Source: Dehalococcoidia bacterium (lineage in GTDB: Bacteria; Chloroflexota; Dehalococcoidia; DSTF01; JACRBR01). Taken from it: DNA of 34,072 nt. Shown piece by piece: positions 29,033 through 34,072 of this stretch. Position 1 is the first letter of the stretch. The number at the start of each line of letters is the position of its first letter. The notes below the pieces were generated by a model. It saw only the letters and a list, made by a program, of their open reading frames with translations. It was not told the origin of the DNA and did no database searches. The translations under genes were made by a program, and so were the position numbers. Where the stretch lies: NCBI GenBank assembly GCA_041494685.1, contig JBGQBE010000034.1, forward strand, positions 1 to 34,072. The letters run 5' to 3'.

Positions 29033-29303
29033 GCGAATCGCGCCACCTCGCCATACCCCCCGCCGCCGAAGCACGGGCCGCCTGCCCGCCGGGGGAGCTG
29101 ACGCGACGCGATCCCTCGCCCGCGTAGGGAAGTAGTGGATTCCCTTAGGTGATTGTCGTCAGGCGAGGGCCCGGATCTGAGGGGCACGGGGATCGAAGGC
29201 GGGGCCGAAGGCGCGAGTCCGGGCCAGAACGGAAGCGGCGGGCCCACAATAGGGAGGCGCGCAATCGCGCCACGCCCTCCGCATCACGCAGCCGAACGCC
29301 CAA

Positions 29304-29918
29304 TCAGTCAGGGCGGTAGTCGAAGTCCGTCGCGAAGCCGCATCGCCCCTGCACCTCCCAGCGCAGCGGCGCGTCGGTGACCTTCATCACCGTCGCGCGC
29401 AGTTCCTGGCCCGGGTGATCGTGCCCCGGGATGCCGCACGACACCGGCTCGCCCGCGTCCACCGGCCCGGCCGCGCGCACGGTGATGTACGTACCCACGT
29501 CGATGCGCTGATGATCGGGCGTGTGGTCCAGCGCGATCTGCGCCCGCCGGACGGCGTACACCTTGCCGAAGGCACTCGCGAAGTTGCGGAACGGCGTGCC
29601 ACCCAGACGCCCGAGGAAGATGCCCTCCAGCGCCACATGTTGCGCCGCGTCCGCCCGCTCGTCGACGTAGAGGATGACGCGCCACGGCGAGCCCGGCTCG
29701 TCATCGTCGTACGAACCGGCCATCACAGCCAGGCAGCCCGCGAGGTCGACATCACCGGCGTGCCCGTCGGCGATCCACCAGGACAGCGCGAAGTCGCACA
29801 CGCCATACGTCGAGCGGCCGCCCGCGCGCCCGCCGATGCTGCGGCAGGGACAGATAGCCTCACAGTTGCACACCTCGAAGTACGAACCAGACACGCGCCA
29901 CGGCAGGGACGACGTCAT
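29304..29918 (-). CDS. DUF1326 domain protein
   Basis: WRVSGSYFEVCNCEAICPC, W.I.DGH.GDVDL.G and YVDERA..Q..ALE.IFLG. Confidence 0.85.
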   Translation of the reverse strand: MTSSLPWRVSGSYFEVCNCEAICPCRSIGGRAGGRSTYGVCDFALSWWIADGHAGDVDLAGCLAVMAGSYDDDEPGSPWRVILYVDERADAAQHVALEGIFLGRLGGTPFRNFASAFGKVYAVRRAQIALDHTPDHQRIDVGTYITVRAAGPVDAGEPVSCGIPGHDHPGQELRATVMKVTDAPLRWEVQGRCGFATDFDYRPD

Positions 29919-30079
29919 GCCTACCCCCCGCCATCGCAGTCGGCAACGCGTCCCGCCGCACGAGCACCGCCCACGAGGCCGCCGCGAGCGCAAACAGCAC
30001 GCCCAAGAGCGCTGCCTCCTCCTCGGCCGTGGTCTGAATGAAGCTAGTGTACGCTCCGTGTCAACCCCGCCGCGCGCCG

Positions 30080-31438
30080 CTACACCAGCGTCTCGTCGTA
30101 GTCGATCTGGTTCTCCGCGATCAGGTCGCGGAACCAGTAGCCACTGTCCTTGACAGTCCGCTGCTGCGTCTCGAAGTCGCAGTACGTCAGCCCGAAGCGC
30201 TGGCTGAACCCCATGGCCCACTCGAAGTTGTCGAGCAGTGTCCAGGCGTAGTAGCCCCGCACGTCGCACCCCTCGTCGATCGCCCGCGCTACCTGGCCGA
30301 TGTAGCCGTGGTAGAAGTCGATGCGATCCGGGTCGTGCACCCGCCCGTCCGCGCCGAGCGAATCCTTGTACGAGCAACCGTTCTCGGTGACATAGATCGC
30401 CGGGTGATCGTAGTCCTTGTCGACGCGCTTGATCATCTGGTAGATCGCCGCCGGCCAGACCTCCCAGCTGAACGCCGTGCGCGGCCCCGGCCCCGGCACC
30501 GGCCGCGCGCCGATGTTGCGGTCCTCCGGCGCGTGGCGGACGATCGACCGCTGGTACAGGTTGATGCCGATGAAGTCGAAGTGCGACCGCATCCGCTCCA
30601 TGTCGCCCGGGCGGATGTCCATCCGCGCCAACGCCGCGTCCTGGTCCACATACGCGATCGGGTAGGCGCCCTTCACGATCGGGTCCAGGAACCAGGTGTT
30701 GCTGAATGCGTGGCTGCGCTCCGCCGCCGCGCGGTCCTCCGCGCTCTCCGACGCCGGGTACACGCTCTGCATGCTGAACGCCGTGCCCACCATCTCCGTC
30801 TTGCCCGTGGCCCGCATCGCCTTCATCGCCTCACCCTGCGTCAGGTTGACGATGTGCGTCGCCTTCATGCAGTGGTCCGCGTCGCGCAGGCCGGGCGCGT
30901 GGTGGCCGTACAGCGTGCCGAGGAACGTGAAGCACCACGGCTCGTTGAACACCATCCAGTTCTTCACGCGGTCGCCCAGCGCGTTCACACACGTCTCGGC
31001 GTACGTCGTGAACTGGCCGATGATCTCGCGGTTCGCCCAGCCGCCCGCGTCCTGCAGCGCCTGCGGCAGGTCCCAGTGGTAGAGCGTCGGAAACGGCATG
31101 ATGTCGTTGGCCAGCAGCTCGTCCACCAGGCGGCTGTAGTAGTCCAGCCCCTTCTGGTTCACCTTGCCGCTACCATCCGGGAAGATGCGCGGCCAGGCGA
31201 TGCTGAAGCGGTAGCCCCGCATGCCCAGCGCCTTCATGATCGCGACGTCTTCCTTATAGCGATGGTACTCGTCGCAAGCCACGTCGCCGGTGTCGCCGTT
31301 CTGGATCGTGCCGGGCGTGTGGCTGAAGCGGTCCCAGATCGACTCGCCCCTGCCATCCTCGTCCCACGCGCCCTCTACCTGGTACGACGCCGTCGCCGTG
31401 CCCCATGAGAACCCGTCCGGAAACCGCGTCTTCTTCAT
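30080..31438 (-). CDS. GH1 family beta-glucosidase
   Basis: WGTATASYQVEG, YRFSIAWPR, NEP (acid/base), TENG (nucleophile) and DNFEW; upstream -10 TACACT at 31486-31481. Confidence 0.97.
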   Translation of the reverse strand: MKKTRFPDGFSWGTATASYQVEGAWDEDGRGESIWDRFSHTPGTIQNGDTGDVACDEYHRYKEDVAIMKALGMRGYRFSIAWPRIFPDGSGKVNQKGLDYYSRLVDELLANDIMPFPTLYHWDLPQALQDAGGWANREIIGQFTTYAETCVNALGDRVKNWMVFNEPWCFTFLGTLYGHHAPGLRDADHCMKATHIVNLTQGEAMKAMRATGKTEMVGTAFSMQSVYPASESAEDRAAAERSHAFSNTWFLDPIVKGAYPIAYVDQDAALARMDIRPGDMERMRSHFDFIGINLYQRSIVRHAPEDRNIGARPVPGPGPRTAFSWEVWPAAIYQMIKRVDKDYDHPAIYVTENGCSYKDSLGADGRVHDPDRIDFYHGYIGQVARAIDEGCDVRGYYAWTLLDNFEWAMGFSQRFGLTYCDFETQQRTVKDSGYWFRDLIAENQIDYDETLV

Positions 31439-31561
31439 ATCAGCACACTCCAGGCTCCGTCATCGCCGCCTCGGATCCTGAGTGTACGCACGGCACCCGG
31501 CAGCCGGAAGCACGACGAGGGTTGTCCACGGATGACGCGGATGTAGGCCGCGGACGCCGGG

Positions 31562-31696
31562 GTGACATTCTCGGCCGTCGTCAAGGTCGAGGGTGAGCTG
31601 TGGGACTACTGGGTCGATCTGAACTACCGGCTCGGCAAGGATCCGGACACTCACGGCCTCGCGGAGCATCTTCTTTGGATTGGCCGCAAGACCTAG
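31562..31696 (+). pseudogene. Probable C-terminal remnant of a class I SAM methyltransferase
   Basis: 44-codon frame VTFSAVVKVEGELWDYWVDLNYRLGKDPDTHGLAEHLLWIGRKT* with coding-like codons and no SAM-binding motif; in-frame TAG at 31544. Confidence 0.55.
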
Positions 31697-31782
31697 CGTC
31701 GGCGTCGCCACCAACAACACCCTATCTCCGCCCATCTGCGGACCGGCAACCCCACGCCCCCGCGCCATCGAGCCGCCGGCCT

Positions 31783-31819
31783 AGGTTCTTGGTTCTGGGT
31801 TCTCGGTTCTTCGTGCTCA
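31783..31819. repeat. Heptamer array (GGTTCT/AGAACC family) starting at the SDR stop
   Basis: Minus strand TGAgcac gaagaac cgagaac ccagaac caagaac. Confidence 0.85.
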
Positions 31820-32557
31820 CAGCCCCACGCCGCGCGCTACCTGCGTCGCCGTCGCCTGCGCCGTCGGCCGCACCACTATCTCGTCGATGTTCACGTGCCG
31901 CGGCCGCGTCACCGCCCAGGCGATGCAGTCCGCGATGTCGTCGCCCGTCAGCGGCGTGATCCCCTCGTACACCTTCGCCGCGCGCTCCGTATCGCCCGCG
32001 AACCGCACGACGCTGAACTCCGTCTCCACCATCCCCGGGTCGATCTCCGTCACCCGCACCGGCTTGCCCAGCAGCTCGATCCGCAGCGTCCGCGAGATCG
32101 CCCGCACGCCGTGCTTCACGCTCGTGTAGCCCGCGCCGCCCGGATACGTCTCGATCCCCGCGATGGAGCCGATGTTCACGATGTGGCCGTTGCCCGACGC
32201 CTCCAGCTTCGGCAGCAGCGCCCGCGTCATCAGCATCAGCCCGAAGACGTTCGTCTCCCACATCGTGCGCCAGTGCTCGTCGTCCGACTGCGCCAGCGGC
32301 GCCAGCCCCAGCGCGCCGCCCGCGTTGTTCACCAGCACGTCGCAGCGCTCGACTTGCGCCGCGAACGCCTCGACGCTGGCGCGGTCGCGCACGTCGAGCG
32401 CCAACGCCCGCGCCCCCACCGGCTCCGTCACCGCGCGCAACTTCTCGATGCGCCGCGCCCCGGCGACCACGTCGAAGCCCTCCGCGCGCAGCCGCCGCAC
32501 CGCCGCCGCGCCGATGCCGCTGCTGCCGCCCGTCACCACCGCTACGCGCCCCGCCAT
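31817..32557 (-). CDS. SDR oxidoreductase, YdfG-like (probably NADP-dependent)
   Basis: TGGSSGIG, GARR, NNAG, YTSVK and RVTEIDPGMVETEFS; RBS GGAGG before ATG 32557. Confidence 0.92.
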   Translation of the reverse strand: MAGRVAVVTGGSSGIGAAAVRRLRAEGFDVVAGARRIEKLRAVTEPVGARALALDVRDRASVEAFAAQVERCDVLVNNAGGALGLAPLAQSDDEHWRTMWETNVFGLMLMTRALLPKLEASGNGHIVNIGSIAGIETYPGGAGYTSVKHGVRAISRTLRIELLGKPVRVTEIDPGMVETEFSVVRFAGDTERAAKVYEGITPLTGDDIADCIAWAVTRPRHVNIDEIVVRPTAQATATQVARGVGL

Positions 32558-32613
32558 CGCATACCTCCCGCGAACCAGCTCTTCGTCTCGCCGCAGTATC
32601 TCATGCCGGAGGG

Positions 32614-32676
32614 AAGAACTTAGAACCAAGAACCGAGAACCTCGGCGCAGGTTCTTGGTTCTAAACTCTAGGTTCA
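32614..32676. repeat. Inverted pair of AGAACC/GGTTCT heptamer arrays with a 7-nt spacer
   Basis: aagaact tagaacc aagaacc gagaacc [tcggcgc] aggttct tggttct aaactct aggttca. Confidence 0.9.
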
Positions 32677-32781
32677 AACCCAGTTGACATCACCAGCGCG
32701 ACTGCACGATAGCGAGCATTGCACGCCGCCGCCGCGGCGTACGATCGCCGCAACGGCTGTTCCGCAGACAGGAGGATTCCC

Positions 32782-33192
32782 GTGACGCTCTTCCAGGACT
32801 TCAAAGCGTTTCTGCTCAGGGGTAACGTCGTCGACCTCGCCGTGGCGGTCGTCGTCGGCGCCGCCTTCAAGAGCATCGTCGACGCCCTCGTTGCCGACAT
32901 CATCACGCCGGTCATCGCGGCAGTCGGCGGCAAGCCCGACTTCGGCGCGCTCGACTTCACGCTCAACGGCAGCACCTTCCGCTACGGCGACTTCCTCAAC
33001 CAGATCATCTCGTTCGTGATCATCGCCGCCGCCGTCTTCTTCCTCGTCGTCGTGCCGGTCAACCATTTGGTGGCGCGCGCGAAGAAGGAGCCGCCCGCGG
33101 ACCCGACGTCGAAGAAGTGCCCGGAGTGCCTCAGCGAGATCCCGCTCGACGCGCGCCGCTGCGCTTTCTGCACATCGCAGCTCGCCGCCTGA
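32782..33192 (+). CDS. mscL: Large-conductance mechanosensitive channel with C-terminal CxxC..CxxC tail
   Basis: FKAFLLRGNVVDLAVAVVVGAAF and YGDFLN.IISF.I.A; tail KKCPECLSEIPLDARRCAFCTS; RBS GGAGG before GTG 32782. Confidence 0.96.
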   Translation: MTLFQDFKAFLLRGNVVDLAVAVVVGAAFKSIVDALVADIITPVIAAVGGKPDFGALDFTLNGSTFRYGDFLNQIISFVIIAAAVFFLVVVPVNHLVARAKKEPPADPTSKKCPECLSEIPLDARRCAFCTSQLAA

Positions 33193-33203
33193 CGGCGGCG
33201 TCG

Positions 33204-33237
33204 CAGAACCCGGACACCACACCCAGGACCCAGAACC
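33204..33237 (+). repeat. Degenerate CAGAACC heptamer array after mscL
   Basis: cagaacc cggacac cacacc caggacc cagaacc. Confidence 0.6.
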
Positions 33238-33562
33238 CTTCTGGGGTACCTCCGTTTCGTTATGTCGCGCGAATCGAATCTGGCAATGTACCTGTTTTGT
33301 AATTTCGACCTTTCTCGACGAGAACCCAGAGCGTAGGCAGGAAGCGAGAACTGGCCGCGCGCCTGCGGGGCGCGCGCGGAGTTTGCTCGGCACTTTTCGG
33401 TTGTTTGGCGGCCTTGCATCCGGCCGGGCCGATTTCGTTTCTCATTCTCGCATCCGTTCGCACTCAGGCGCGGGGCATTGGTGAGCGGCGTGCTCGATGG
33501 GCGCAGCCGCCGTCCGCGGGGCGATGGTAGAGGATCGCGGGTCGGATCTCCTAGCGGGGGAG

Positions 33563-33645
33563 TTCACAGTTCACAGTTAAGGGTTTGAAGTTGGGACTTG
33601 GAACTTAGAACCCCGTAGGTTCTTGGTTCTACGTTCCTGGTTCTA
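33563..33645. repeat. Inverted pair of heptamer arrays overlapping the VOC gene end
   Basis: ttcacag ttcacag ttaaggg tttgaag ttgggac ttggaac ttagaac [cccgta] ggttctt ggttcta cgttcct ggttcta. Confidence 0.88.
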
Positions 33646-34021
33646 CGCGGGCGTCCGCCTCGTCGTCCAGCGTCGATTCGTCGACGACGCACACGGTGTA
33701 GCCCTGGGGCGAGCGCGCCATGAAGCCAGGCGCGGTCGGCGCCCACGGCAGCTCGCGCACAGCGCAGCCCCGTTGCAGGAAGTGCTCGCCCGCCTCCACC
33801 AGCCGCTGCGTGCTGAACAGCAGGTACGGCGGGTCGCCCGCCGCGCGGCCGGTGACATCCACGACGAGCGACAGGCCCTCCGCCAGCGGATAGAAGCGCA
33901 GCCCGCCGTCCTCCGCCGCCGGCGACAGCCCGAGGGTGTGCTCGAAGAAATGCGCCGCTTCTTCGCCGCCGCCCGCGGCGTAGCCGATGATGCCCTCGAA
34001 GCTCAGCAGACCGTCGCCCAT
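33629..34021 (-). CDS. VOC/glyoxalase superfamily protein
   Basis: AAHFFEHTLGL and F.ARSPQGYTVCV pattern; RBS GGAGG. Confidence 0.7.
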   Translation of the reverse strand: MGDGLLSFEGIIGYAAGGGEEAAHFFEHTLGLSPAAEDGGLRFYPLAEGLSLVVDVTGRAAGDPPYLLFSTQRLVEAGEHFLQRGCAVRELPWAPTAPGFMARSPQGYTVCVVDESTLDDEADARVEPGT

Positions 34022-34072
34022 GCATCCTCCCGCCGGCAGCGCCCCAGCGCGTCGCCGCGCCCACGATAGCCC

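Noticed and set aside
29205..29250. TCCGGGCCAGAACGGAAGCGGC, resembling SRP RNA domain IV
   Set aside because: It lacks the conserved CAGG and AGCAG symmetric-loop bases and the GNRA loop, and I found no long enclosing helix. An Rfam scan would settle it.
29919..30377. N-terminal extension of DUF1326 in the ORF track
   Set aside because: It overlaps the GH1 gene; the domain begins at ATG 29918.
32684..32745. mscL promoter from TTGACA at 32684 or TTGCAC with TACGAT
   Set aside because: Spacing to any -10-like hexamer is 15 nt, too short to call.
32614..33645. GAAC/GTTC words as LexA (SOS) boxes
   Set aside because: Spacing is N10 or N7 inverted and N3 direct, not GAAC-N4-GTTC. They are better explained as heptamer repeat units.

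Overview
This is a GC-rich bacterial chromosomal window. The gene content and style (PAC2-family protein, F420-dependent Ddn-like enzyme, hrcA-grpE-dnaK with a perfect CIRCE, stand-alone dnaN, many leaderless genes) suggest Chloroflexota, probably Dehalococcoidia-like; this is inference only. It holds about 35 genes: a 5'-truncated GMC oxidoreductase; an arsenic operon (arsR-acr3-SDR-arsC); a PAC2 protein; yajQ; an L-2-hydroxyglutarate oxidase-like enzyme; a WbpI/WbpD/WbpE-like nucleotide-sugar trio; hrcA-grpE-dnaK without dnaJ; dnaN; MarR; an orphan OmpR regulator; nickel SOD (sodN-sodX); an ECF sigma/anti-sigma pair; pyrG; an MFS transporter; a GHMP kinase; a GH1 beta-glucosidase; an SDR; mscL with a zinc-ribbon tail; and a VOC protein. 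I saw no tRNA, rRNA, CRISPR array or transposase. The most striking unexplained signals are non-coding. (1) About 13 intergenic arrays of degenerate 7-bp tandem repeats, often in inverted pairs, often in register with a stop codon or -10 box, and bracketing the SDR and mscL genes like cassettes. (2) A compact pyrG leader that starts GGGC and folds into a terminator, resembling CTP-sensing reiterative-transcription attenuation. (3) Small gene remnants and a structured leader with a small ORF. Start codons were refined by eye from RBS, -10 and stop/start-overlap evidence; no database searches were run.
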